Assembly (NCBI GenBank): GCA_000934665.2
Contig: JYFJ02002401.1
Span: forward strand, 1-64,000
DNA: 64,000 bases
Origin: Catajapyx aquilonaris
Lineage: Eukaryota
Reading direction: 5' to 3'
A model generated the notes under the pieces. The model ran no database searches. It was not told the DNA's origin and saw only the letters and a list, made by a program, of their open reading frames with translations. The number at the start of each line of letters is the position of its first letter. The first letter of the stretch is position 1. Made by a program: the position numbers and the translations under genes. Of this stretch, positions 47,951 to 61,658 are shown piece by piece.

Positions 47951-50862
47951 TTTTGGGATCAAACCCCGCCTCTTGTTTCAAAATATACACCCACCATTTA
48001 TTATTTGGAAGCATTTTTTGGGGGGAAGGGAGTTATGATGGTTTGGGTACGGTGTGTGGTGTTAGTGAAGTGAGTGGGCTTGGTGCGGCAACATCCATCA
48101 TGGATATCCGGACACTGCGGTAGTACAAGGGCGGCCCCGGGTTGGGGATAACGGCCCCGGGGCCAATGATCCGGCAAGGCCAAGGGTGGGTCTTGCACTT
48201 TGACATTTGACAGTGGAGGGACCTCACAGGTTTGGACATCCACGCCCACCTGTCATATCCACGTTGTCACTTAACCATAGTGTAGTGATTTGCATTTGTT
48301 GCATGAGTTTTGACTTAAGTTGGGTGCATGCATAATGATTTCGTATAGGACAATCGGATTGCATACCAGAGTGCATGTAATGCATTTTGCTCCCTTTAGC
48401 ATTGGGGAGGGGGGGGGGGGGGTACAAAAGGAGGTTAATGATCCTGAGTGAAGCAGAACGGTTGGGAAGGTTCCCCTCCACCATGCACTCAAATTTAAGC
48501 TTCTTTGTCCAAGGGTTATTCCCCCAACCTCTCACTCCTCCACACCACCCCACTTCCTACTGATTATTGATCATTTCAACTTCGGAAACTATGAGACCTT
48601 CCAATTATTTCGTAACAACTACCTTACTGCCATACATCCTGGCATCGGACCTGCAACAAAACGTTATACCGCTTTGCGTACGCGGTACTTGATTGCTTCA
48701 CTTTAGATATAAAATCCCCCACCGCATTTTAGAGATTATATCAATTGGGCCGGGAAAAAAACAACAGATAAGCAGCCATTAGTCATATTATTACTGTTGA
48801 GTAAACTTTCGTAACAATTGAAACTTACCATCCGAATTGTTGGCATTAAACGGACAAGCCGGCCATAAATCAATCTGGCGATTGCTTCCCATTCCCTCTA
48901 AAAGTAATAGTGCAGTCTAATTGATGCCCTAGTTTACTCAATATGGTGCTATTATTGACTCAACGTGTCTAGATGAATAATCAATATGGTAATTATGCGC
49001 AGACTAATCGCTGACCAATCACAGTTCATTTCCAGTCGGTAGATCTGACCATACCGCTCTGACCATTCCATGCATCAGAAATAATTCTTGTTGCCCCCTA
49101 TACGCCTGTAACATGTATCACAGTTAAGGCTGAATGATTACATAATCAGCAGGATACAGTATTTGTCGGCGATTTTCTTTCAACTTAAGCGCAGATGAAA
49201 CCGCTGATTATATTCCGCCATACAGTATTGAAATGAAACATACTTTAATGCACGTACGACATAATCAAGCAAACGTTTTGTACATGACCTATTACAGGAC
49301 AGGTAAAATACCAGTCCGCCAGAGCAGGTCAGGGGCCTTTGAGTGAGGCCGGGCATGCATCTTTTATGTCAGTGTGAATGCCTCTGCCGTTTGATGTGTG
49401 TTCTCCTAGCCTGATCAGATCATTCTCTGTGTCATGTCACGCTTGATTCAATGTAGATCTTCCCTTTGGAAAGGGTCGCTTATAGACTGTACAGTATTTT
49501 GAATTTCTGGCTGCGAAAACACGCCTTGATGTGTCACAAAGTGCTACCGATTTACCCGACGCTGCATGCACGGTAGTGTACGTAATATATGTGCCAGTAA
49601 TGATTACGGAGAAGAGCGTCTTTAAAAATAATTGTGTAGCTTCCGGCTTGTAAAAATCCAATAAGAGGCTAGAAAAAAATAGAAAATCCTTGAGGGGAAT
49701 GAATAGGAAGTGCGATGATGTGAGTTGATTGCTATTGATTTCGTGCAATGTCGATAGTCGTTGCACATTGGTTACGTGTATACATGGTCTGGGTGAGTCT
49801 TGATGCAATTTGTGGTGGCACGCCAATTCCACGCTTAGGCAGGAGCGACTTTAGGTGAAAGAGAATGAGAGGATATTTGGTATTCACTTCTTTAGTGGAT
49901 CAATCAGCTCCAGTGAACTAAAAGTTGATAGAGTGTGAAGCACGTGAAGACAGTTTAATGCCCAATCCCTCACCGCAGAAACCTGACCTTCCGGAACCAA
50001 CCGGTCCTCGCCCTTTTCGACATACCCCTTTTATGAACTGGCTTCTGATTATGAGGCTACGATACGGTATTATGATTCGCATTGTGCACTGTAGGTCATA
50101 GGGAATCTGATGCCATCAGATGTGACGGTAAGTTTCATTATAGGTTTTTCATTACACCTATGTAGGGAGGACAGTAATTACCCATTATGCTACTATTTTT
50201 TTCTTCGATGGAAAGGACGAGACGAAGCAAATGTTTCGATCCAAGGTGAATAGTAGTATATAGCCTGTAGGTTATAGTACCTGTCATCTAATGAGCAAAG
50301 TCACCTTGTTATTTGTCCGATGTTGTCAACAACACTAATTGCCTCCACACGCCGTAACGACTTCTCCGAGTAAATAAAATTCCTCGTGGCATTTTGACCT
50401 TGCAATATGTCAAGGAATGGTCGTCTGCTTGTTATTCTGGAAATTTTGACGGCTTTGTACTGTACACATTGTATCTTCACATTGCTCTCAATAAAATTAC
50501 TAAGCGTTACATATTTGCGTTTTGAAGCAAAATGTACACAGGAAGTACCAACCACGCCAATATTCTGGCGTCCGATTAAAGTCTTTTTATCCCTTTATTT
50601 AAACTTCGGGACTGCACAGATGTTGCAGCAATAACAGTTTTAATAAAGAGTCTGTTTTGCATTCCGGGGAGCCGGAATTCCTGGGTACGGATTTGCCCTC
50701 ACTGAAAAATACAATTGCAGTTTCAAATATTTGTGCACTCTTCCAGTGAAAGAATCGCAACACCCCAGGTAAAATATGCACCGAATTTGTAACTCGAAAC
50801 ATTTCCCCCCTTTCTGACTCAAATTTGAACTTACACCTGTCACCTCCCCCCCCCCCCCNNNN

Positions 50863-50915
<53 letters not shown>
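50863..50915. repeat. (TA)n microsatellite next to poly-C and Ns
   Basis: Read directly from the sequence. Confidence 0.9.
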
Positions 50916-50917
<2 letters not shown>

Positions 50918-53914
50918 CCACCGTGAACTTTGATAGGGGTCCGTGACCTGTAGGGGGCGATAGCTTACGACCCTTGCTATTGACGTGTAAAAATCCGGAA
51001 GTGCGTTTTTGCCTGATGGGCTTTTAGCACAGAATCCGGTCTGCCGTGCTTTAGTCTGACAGGACCCTGAAATACAATCAGTCCAGTGGTTACACTTAGT
51101 GTCGGATTTGTCCCATTTGGTTAGGTAACGAAGGCGTGCAAGCCCAGATCCTCTTTCCTCGGGTTTTGCGGGTATCCCTGGAGCCAGCAAGTGAAAGAAA
51201 AGCTATGCAGGTACTACAGGCACAGGCTATTACTACACTGCAGCACTCGCCTACTTCCTCGTTCCATGGCACTAACTATAAGTATCTGGGAGTCCTGATG
51301 GATCGATGGGAACAACGTACTAGCTAGGCCAGCTCAAATCCTGGATGTCCTTTTTCCTACCACGCCTGTTTCTCAAGCCTCCTCTGCAGCTGAACATTGA
51401 CATTTTTTCTGGCACATCTCCTTCTTTATGCACTTTGTGCACTCAACCCCAATCAGATGCATTACCCAGCCTGTAGGTTGGGTTCTCTTTACTGTAAAGC
51501 TGACGTTGCATTTTATGCACAGGGATTGATCATTGACAGTACGTGACTTGATGATATTTTAGCCTCAGGCATTGTCGCTCATTAATTTTCCAACCCGTGC
51601 ACAGGAATAGAGGGGGTTAGAGTTCAAACCTTTGCTTGGTATTGTGTTCATGGGCTGTATGATGCTTTTGTTGTTGTTGTTTTTTGATATGGTGGGCATA
51701 TGTTGTCATTCTAGGAGGGGGGAAATTTTTGCGCATAATGTGATGAATTTTATACATTGCAATCTGTCCGATGACGTGCTCAGAATATATGAAAGACACG
51801 CCACTATTTGATTAGCCGTCCTGAGTGAAGTGGAATCTTCAAGGTTTATCGATGAGATTTGAAGGGATGGGCTATGACTTGGGGTAAAATATAGCCGCAA
51901 TTATAATGAACTGACCAGCCTATGTTGTCAAATTAGTAGGTGGCATGCAATTGTTGAACCACCAAAATGCGATTTTCAACTATTACAGCAGTTAATTTGC
52001 CAATTCTTTTGGTATGGCTGGTATAGATTCCCTATTTTTCAATAGTCTTCTAGTCTATAATATTAATGACGTATTACACCAGCATTCGTATAAATTTTGT
52101 GTAGGTCAAACAGCTGTGGCGGGTTATTCCCCCAAGGGTGAAATGAACCAAATGAAACAATTGGTGTGTGGAATATGGCAGCTCACACTGAGATAAAAAT
52201 AGCAGGGGAGAGAGAGTAGCTTGCTTAGAAGCAAAATCGAAGTTGCAAAAATATAGGCAAAGGCAGCTAGGGAAAAAGGACGGAAGCGCGAAGTATTGAT
52301 CAACAAAAGGTGCTTGACGGTTTCTTGCTTTGCTTTGAGTCCAATGCACCTTTTCTTGCATGCATTTCCTTAGTCCTGATCTGGCACACTCCCTTTGGGG
52401 TAGTACAATCTTGACCTTTACTACCAAAACGGTAAACAACAGGGCTCACGGTGCTTGAGGCTTCCAAGGTGCCGATGCCGGTTCAAGGACCACAGCCTCA
52501 ATATTGGAGAGTTGAGACTGCTTGTTAAGACCAGTCTTGCGAAAACCCTTATGTTATGTGATCCTATACCAAAATATGCATGCATTTGGGCTCAGAACTA
52601 TACATTTCACCTAGGCTGGGCTGGGCTTGTGCTATGTTTCCAGTTCCTAGCGTGTTTAGGTCAACCTGTCAAAAACAGAGGAGCGTGTGGCTTGAAAGTC
52701 CTATAGGCCTACATACTGCGCACAGTACAGTACATATACCAGTACTAAAGATTGTCCTGAATATACTAGTTTAGCAGGGATATAGAAGGAAAACACTTGA
52801 TAAATATTCCATAAACGTATATGTGCAGGTACATTAGCATACTAGCGTAAATGTAATGCTGTCCTCTCAGATGCAATGTTAATTCCCGGTACACTAATTA
52901 AATCGTCAGGCGGGTACTTTTAATGAGCAAAATGGCCAGACTGCAGCTTCATAGCGCTGCCACCACCGAATATCAAATCGATTCACTTCTCCTTTCGCAT
53001 CCGGGAAGAACGGCCTTTGCCCCCGTGTACGCAAGATCGTGCCGTAAATTCCGATAGGGGGAAAGTCAAACGTGCAAGACCTGCTTCTGACGTTAATAGG
53101 CCGGTGTTAACGTAGTTTTCAGGGATTTAGAAAAAAGAGAGAGACCGCTATTTTTCCAGAGCAAAATTACGGTGCTGGAAAAGTCCACTGCGGTCCATAC
53201 CAGACTCATGCCCAACTCTTGTTTGCTGTGCCATCTGTTTGTATACGAGAGCGTGTGCATATATAGAGGGATGGTCCTGCTCTTTGATCACACATTTTAT
53301 AGTATTGACGTTCTGTTTTCTCAGTGCCTAAAGTGATGCAGGTATGCACAATACATGCGCAGTATGTACACTGGACTCTCTTGCTGACAAATGCAGTGCA
53401 TCGTTAGTGTGTACTCTACTGCGGCAGTGATGCAGTGAAGAGCTCAAAAAACATCATTATTTTTTCAGTTATATTCATTACAGTACGTAAACAGCGCTTC
53501 TGGAGTGAGTGACCTTACAATGTTTATAATATTGCATCATAATTAACAAGTGTAAGTAACTGCCATTGTATGTGCTCTTTCAGCAATCTAGTTGATCTCG
53601 TGCGAACACTGTAGATGCGCACATTGATTTTCCACCTACATATGAGTGATAGAATAAAATCCACGCCAGTTTTTGTGACGTAACCATCGCCTTGCCCCCT
53701 CCTAAGTGGCTGACTAGTACCATACAAGATGTTTTTTTTTTTTTTTACTTTAGGGTGCAGTCAGCATGTTACAAAAATTATGTTCACATGCCGAGACATC
53801 TCTCTTAAGTCAGAAAATAAATTATTGCGTCGTAACGGCGTAGTGTGAAGTTAATTTTATAATATTTCTTAATTATATTATCCTGAAAGCCTACTACATT
53901 ATTCAAATCGATTT

Positions 53915-54335
53915 ACCGAAGCAGCAGTAGCTGAGGGGATTTGGTATCCGGCTGCAAATCGGGAGGTCCAGGGATCAAATCCCCAGGCCGGCAACTCTGA
54001 CCGTGGTTTTCTGTGGTTTCCCACGGTCACCCCCAGGTGAATACCGGAGTTGTTTCCTAATCGTAGGCCACAGCCGCTTCCTACCTTTCCTATCCCTGTC
54101 CCATACTGGAGGAGGTGCGGCGTTTGTGGGAGGTCTCTTACCCGCACCTAGAGGGTCGTCTTTCAACCTAGCCCTCTGGGGGACTGCACACGGCCTCCGC
54201 CATGAGACATTGCACTTGCACCACTGTCCCCCCCTCCATCCTGGCACCGGAGAGATAGAAAATGGTCGAAAAACCTCCCCCCTACATAAGCCTGAAGGCT
54301 TCAAGGGTGTAATTTAAAAAAAAATAAAAAAAATA
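53915..54335 (+). mobile_element. tRNA-derived SINE family S2 (long form)
   Basis: Head homologous to 18908; A-rich tail; perfect 15-bp TSD tattcaaatcgattt (53900-53914, 54336-54350). Confidence 0.9.
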
Positions 54336-54968
54336 TATTCAAATCGATTTCCATCCACATGTATTTACCAGATGCTTTTGCGTAGGCGCGGATACAGTGA
54401 AGGTCGTGTGGGAATATCCAGGCAGAGTAATCTGCTTGCTAAATATTTTATGAGCCCTTCCTGCATTCTCTCTGAAAGGACATTTTAAAAACTTTCATAG
54501 AATGAAATGTGTTTTCCTTTTAGCTACCTCTCAAGGTTGGGCAATGTGCAAGAATAAATCGCTCATACTGTATACCGGTATACGATGGAACCACTTGGTA
54601 TCGATAGAGTTCATCGTCCCAGCTCTATTTCCGCTTATTGACTGGAGAGCAAGCTCAGTGCCTGCAGACATTGCTTTGTTTGCCGGATACTCCCAGCATT
54701 CGCCTGCCAATTTTTTTTTAAATGGCAGGACAAGAATTTGATGATCTAGAAATGTCATGACGGAATTTCATGGGTTCTTTGATATACCGGAACAGTTGCG
54801 CAACTGTATACATGTTTTGTATGTTTCAGGTGGATGGAGAAGATGCATAAAAATGTTGAGGAGAGGTGGCGGATCGACAGGTTAATGTTGTCGAACTTGG
54901 CTCAAACAGTCGGTGTGTGACTCTTGCTGTCTTCGCGGCTGGAGTGCACGCATCCAACCCCTAGCCGA

Positions 54969-57900
54969 ATGGCGTCGGCTGTGCGCAGGGGGGGAGGTGG
55001 GCCACCTGGCTCAGGGGCGGGCCGAGGTGGAAGTTACCCGTCCCGCCAGAAGAGAATGGGCCCTGCGCCTTTTGCTTCTTTCGAAGACCTGAGCGACGAG
55101 GTGCCAACTACTTCAGAGCCTGGTGACTCTGCGGGTGTTTCCCATTCTTCCCCCCTACCCGAGATCAAAGAGGACGCCAGATCGCAGGCCGCATCACCTA
55201 CAGGTACAGTAGGCATACCACATATTGTTCACCAGCAATTGTTCAAAAACAACTCCTCTTCTGCTTGTAGGATTACCACCAGCACCTCCTGGAGCAGTGG
55301 TAGTTCCTCCTCCAGAGAGCAGCAGCCTGATGTCACCCATAACCGCTCCTCCTTCGGGGTTGCAGACCCCTTCCACTCCGCGCATCGACATCTCGTGTGC
55401 GAGCAGTTCCACCCACGACAGCGGAGGGAGTACTCCAGAGCGGGAACTTTTCTTTGGGTCAGGGTCGGGAGGGCCTCCACCCGGCGCGGGGGGTCAAGTT
55501 GGGCTCTGCTTCCAGGAAGAAGGAGCTGCAGATCTGCGGTCCAGCACTGAGGAACTGGACTTTGCGGAAGAGGATGAAAGGCAAAGGGCACTTGCGGCGC
55601 GAGATTCGGAACAAGAGCGGAGGGCGTCGGCTCCTGGGCTGCCCCGGTTGCTAAGGCGCACTCTGTTCAAGTATGAACTTGAGGCTCAAAGTGAGAAGGA
55701 AAGGAAAGGGTCAACTGCCTCTTCGACGGCCGGTGCTGTGGCTTGGAGCGATGGCCTGCTGCCTGTTAGTGGCCGCTCCAGCAGGTTGTCCTCAGTGGGC
55801 TCCAATCTTTCGGCACATTCTTCAACCGGGAAGAGGTCACCTTCGCCACACAAGATGATCTTGGAGACCTCGTTTTGTGGTAGCAAGCCCATAGCTACTC
55901 CTAGTGTCGACTTGGATTCACCTCCACCCGAATCCAAGCACGAGACGGAATTGTTGGAAAAAGCCTTGTTTAAGGCGGGTCTGCTGGGGCAGACAACACG
56001 ACAGCAACCGCAGCAGCAGAAACCGCAATCGCCTCTCCCATCAGAAGTGGCCACTGCTTCCTCGTCCTCGACCCCAACTTCCCCGAGATCATGGAGGAAG
56101 CCGTCCATCAAAGAGACCTGTGCTGCGCCTTCTCCCACGCTAGTCATGACCAAGCCCACAGACGTAAGTTTGTCGGTCATTACTTCAGCGAATGATCAAT
56201 GCTGCTCGCAACTAAATTATTATGCTGGCATCTGTTTGATAGATTTACAATCTGTTAAGAGGAATGCATTTCAATACGTGTTATTCTAATTATATTTTTC
56301 TTGTTCATATTTTTTTTCATTTATTTTTTCCAAATATTTCACTTCAATTTACTCGGATTGTTTACTCTGTTCACTGTCTTGCTGTTTTGAATATTTTGTT
56401 ATGTTAGTGACATGCGTATGAAATGGCAGTTTTGGGATACTTTTCTGTTGAAATAAGTTAAGGGAAAGAAAGCTGACCTGGGGATGACAGTAGCCAAATC
56501 CCAATATCATCCGTTTCAATCAAGAACTGTGAGCAATTTACATTTATATTATTTTGTTACTAATTGGAAAATAAGACCATAAATACTAGCTACAACTTTC
56601 CTTTTATTTGACGTAACTTCAGTTTTAGATTTTTGTAATGCGAATACGGGCCCGCTTTAGTAAACATTAGTTATGTAGGTCTTGCACATTGAAAGGCATC
56701 TAGTGCACAACAAATTTTACGTTTTGGATTGCGTTCATAACTGCCAACAAATTATCTGCTTACAGTTCCGGGCTTCTCCATGACGCATGACTCTTTCAGT
56801 TGTCCTATTCTATACGAGCTACAGGCACGACGCTACTCATTTCAAGTCGTGTTTATCGATATGGAAGGTCTCTTTCTACGAATCTTGCGAATGCTTTCTT
56901 CTTCGTCCAACTACTCTGGGACACAGTTGGATGATTACTGTCCCTTGGGAAGCTAATCTTCTGGGAGCGATTCAGCTGATGTCTGCAAATGAGAAGGTGA
57001 ATGCCTTGGGCACCATTCCAAACCTCACGGAATCGATGAATCGTCATTCAATTCCACCAGACACTCTGTTAATTCCTAGCTGAGATAAATCGTACCTTTC
57101 CTTGCTCGTTACAGACAACTGTAACTGTGGAGGTTGGAGTCAGCATGGCGTCATCGCCGCCGGCCTCACCAAGGGAAGCTGTCTTGCGACCAGGAAGAAA
57201 GATATCTGTCCCGGAAGTTTCGGCTGCTCTGGCAGCCAAGCAGCAGAAAACACCTCAATTCCTGGGCTCTTCTCCACCGACGTCACCTCCACCGGCTCCC
57301 CCGACGACACCCAATGTAATTTCTTCCGGGGCAACACCATCGGCGTCGCCAAAGAGTGCTAGGCACTTCTTTCGCACAAGCAGACCTCAGGTCAGGGAAG
57401 ACGATGATTATCCCATTCAGCCAGCTCAACTCCCCACCACCAGCGCCGTCACTACCAATGCGACCATCTCATCTGCTGCCATTAGTGCCACCAGCAAGAC
57501 GCCGTCACCTTTGCCCTCCCGAAAGAGCTCATTTAGTAGCATTTTCAAGAAGGGGCCTGCTGCTGCTGCAGCAGGGGATGGGACGCATCATCATCACCAC
57601 CACCATCATCCTGCCAAGAGTCCTGAATCTCCCCCACCTTTGAAGCACCGTAGTTCCTTCACAAACCTCCTGAAGGAAGCTAGTGAGGGAATTCGGGAGG
57701 GGATTCGGTCCAGAAGCAAAAGTAGGGAGAGGACAGCAGCGGCAGAGCAGAGGCAGACATCACCGCCATCCTCCACATCTGCTAATCACAAGGTGAGGTG
57801 CATGCATGTTACAACATTTTGACACTATACACCCATGAACGTGGTGACTTGTGATCTGCAGGGCAAGAAAGAGACCAAAAACAAAAGCGTATTTTCGGCA

Positions 57901-60900
57901 CTATTTAAAAAGAAGAGAAAAGGTGCCAGTAGTGCCAAACGTGCCGAAGAAGATGACGAAGACGGTGGAGAAGAGGAGGAATCTATGGGGACGCCATCCC
58001 CTGATCTCCGAGGGATTACGGGAGCAATATCACATGTAGAGTTTACCTTCAACTCTGAGGGTGAATATCAATCCTCCGGTTTCAAGGACTTGCCTCCGGA
58101 TAGGAGTCCGGAGCCCATGGCGGGACGTGTACGAAGGGTGTCTCTTGTAGGAGCAGGGACAGCTATGCTGTCTGACTCGGACGAGGGATATGCGCGGATC
58201 CAAGAAGTGTCGGAAACTCCACGGGCAGCCACCAGTCCCAGTCCAGCTCCGCGGCCCGCACCCATCCTGGAGCCACTCCAGATGACTCCTCTGGAAGAGG
58301 GAGACCGCCATTCTTCAGAGTCTGAAAAAGGACCGTCGTTGGAACCGGTCCCAGAAGAAAAGGCCAAAGCAGAAGGGGATCAAGAGGACCACGAAAGCAA
58401 AGGGTTGGTTCTTCAAGACTCCTTCGAAGACGGAGAGTTGCCATATGTGCCCACTACTCTGCCCCAGGAACGTTCTGTGGCAGTGCCAATAATTCCTATA
58501 CGCCAGCGAATCCTAGAGGTCAAAACCTGTCCCATCGAGCGGCCTAGAAGTTCCACGCCAATAAACCCTTGCAAGCTCGACGATTACCTGGGAAATTCTA
58601 TAAAACCTCCTCCGTCCGCTCCCGGAAATGTCTTGTCCGACGAGAAAATGAAGATTTGTTTGCCCCGACAGGACTCGGCTGGACAAAGGTACGTCTTTTA
58701 CAGAGTTGTCTGCACAGCATAAATTAATGTTGTGAGTGTTCTTTTATAATATTATGTGAGACACTTACGTTGCAGGAGTCCTCATCGACTGCCTTCCAAG
58801 AGTTGGACAGACTTCGCCGAAATGGGTCTTCGTAGCCCACGAGATCTTCGCAAGCTGCTTAGGGAGCAGAGTTCGGAAGCGGAAGACTTACCTCCACCTC
58901 GCCCTCCACAACCCACATCAGTGCAAGCAGAGACAGTGTCGTCGTCACCCCCTCCACCTCTTCCTCCCCGGATGCCCACCCGCCCTGCACCTCGCACCAA
59001 CTGGGTCGACCCAGAAGAACTTCCAGAAGCCCCCAAAGCCCCTAAAAAACTTCCCCCACCCAAATCGCCAGCCGTGGCCACCACCTACGTAACAAGCGCC
59101 ATCAGCAGCAGTACGACCACCACCACAGTGACCAACAGTGCCCCCCACCACCACTCTTCTTCATACCCTTCGGACCCTTCTCAGTGCCAGTGCGAGTGCC
59201 ACGAAGCCAGTGCACCTTCTTCCTCAAGGACCGCCATGTTGGCCAACGGTGTGACCTTACCTGACAATGGTGCAATCGCCTCTGCTGTTCCAGCACGGCT
59301 CTCCTCTTCCTCTGTCGACGTCGAAGTGGACATGGCCACTGACGTCAGCTCTTACCACAGGTAGCCTACTGTTGTTTTTCATTCTGGATGTTACGTCACG
59401 ACCACCTGAAGCCACTGACGGTGTGTGTGAATGTATACCTTGCCCCATTCCACCACACCCCAAGCTGTTGATTCGTGTCTGATATTACGTGAGTGTGAAT
59501 GGAGATGAGCCTAATTTTAGCGAACCGACCTTCGCAGCGACTCGTCCTTGGAGGAGGCTGGCTGTGACAACAGCGACGGCGATTTGGAATACTCCTCCCT
59601 GCTCAAGCCCAATCGGCCGTTTGAAATGGACCTGGATGTCAGGAGCAATAGGAGCAGCATCGTTTCTCAGGTATGACCAGCTTGGAATTACGAATGTGGA
59701 GTGGAGTATATTTTTTTATTGGAGAACAATTTTTTTCCCTATCGCCTATACGATTCCGTTTCGTATGTTTCAAATTCGTCAGAATATATAAGTAATGAAG
59801 AAGCGGCTGGAAATGTGACATTTTTGTTAAGGTCATTTTCGATGACAGGTGCTACAAGCGATTCGCGTCATATTAGGTCTCTTATGCATGATTTATATGG
59901 GTGATGGTAATTAATTAATACGGAATGTGTTACAGGGAATGTGTTGGAGCATAAAACTAGCCAGTCAAAGTTTATTATAACCATGGAGCAGCATTACATT
60001 TACAATTGAATGCTGAAAGCTACTGGAATATATTGTCCTTGGCCAGAAAAGCTGGGCATGGAAAAAATGTAATAAAAATGCAACGAAACGATGGCAGCAG
60101 TATTAAAAGTCGTGAGAATGAGAGAATGCACTCTAATTAATTGCTTCTACATGTGGCTAGCGTGAAACGGCACAGGAAAAAGGGACAACCCATTTCTCCA
60201 ACGAGATTATTAAATTCGCCAGAGTCAAAGAGTATCTTCTTGCTTAAAGTTATCCCACAGGATGAAAAGTCACGTTCTGGCCCGATTGAAACATTTTTGT
60301 TGGATTCGTCTTAAGAATCTACGCACATGAAGTATTCTTTCTTTGTGCTCATGATGACAAACGGAAAAGGTCTTGCCTTGTAAGGGATGGAGCTCCGGAA
60401 CTAGTGGTATTTGTCTATTAAGTTCTGTTAAGGAAGTTAGTGTGTTAAGTTCATCACCACTGATTCATAGTTTGCCTTCATGAAAGGCAAAAAGTACGAT
60501 AGTTTAATATAAACATTCTCCCTTTAGCCTTTCGTGATTACAGACCCAAGTTCAGAAGGTTAGGGATACGCATGTCTCCACTTCCCTCTCCGGCACGGAA
60601 ATGGGCATGATCACACACTCTGGTAATAATCGAAGTAAAAGAATATAACCTACATTTATTATAGTGCAACATCTTCTACTCTGCTTGCATTAATTAAGGT
60701 AGTTATGCCACCTGACAATATGTGGCAGAAATAGATGCAATATTAGTGCAATTAAGGAAATGAAAGTAGCAAAGGCTGCTCAAATGTGTGAATACAATAA
60801 TTTTCAACTCATTTGGTAATTGCTTTTGAAAGTTTGGTTTATAACAACAACAACAACAACAACAATATGGAAGGATTGAGCCCTAAATTGAATTTTTAGT

Positions 60901-61524
60901 TTCTGACAGAGTGACTGTACAGTGTACAATGGTCGGGTATATACGTTACCTTAAGTAGACAAGGATCATGCTATAATACTACTTTCTCGCTCTAACACGC
61001 TTCCCCTCCTCCTCCGTAATAATAGACTGCATAGACATATAGTAGTATGTACGTAATTTACTAAGAAGAAAATTAGAAAGTGCATCCCGACACAGGCAGA
61101 CATAAAGTTCTCAAAAACTTTCCGATGGAGGACTCCTATAAACAACTGTTAATTGAGTTAGAAATCACTTCCATAAGGTTGTCAAGATGCCCGTCTGTTT
61201 GATCTCTCAAAGGCGAAGAAGCATTTCAACTTGTCATTGATGTCGAAACTTAGCGAAGATGATGCGCCAGCTCATTTACAAAAGGAGTTTGCCAGTTTGC
61301 TGCCATCAACATCGCGACATTTCATTTACTATACAGTATAGTCGATTCATATCAACTGTAGTGCTTTATTATTTTCTTGATTGGGTTCATGAGAGAAACG
61401 ACAGATAATCCTCGCTTCTGAATAATAACAACAACAGCAACAACAACAACAACAACGATAATTAATAATAATAATAATGATAATAATAATGATGATGATG
61501 ATGATAATAATGATGATGATGATG

Positions 61525-61593
<69 letters not shown>

Positions 61594-61658
61594 TATTTCA
61601 CTGGTGTTGACAGGACGAACCTCATTCGCCGGAAGAGACTTCTTCCAACGGCAACTGA
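54969..61658 (+). CDS. Uncharacterised Ser/Pro-rich, largely disordered protein, ~1131 aa
   Basis: Coding exons 54969-55203, 55271-56163, 57115-57792, 57862-58688, 58776-59360, 59538-59670 and 61614-61658 are all GT-AG and phase-consistent (3396 nt); 5' acceptor at 54829/54830. Non-low-complexity blocks include RSPSPHKMILETSFCGSKP, LPYVPTTLPQERSVAVPIIP..VKTCPIERPRSSTPINP and CQCECH. Confidence 0.85.
61423..61592. repeat. Compound (AAC)/(AAT)/(GAT) trinucleotide microsatellite
   Basis: Read directly; ends ~20 bp upstream of the last-exon acceptor at 61613. Confidence 0.95.
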
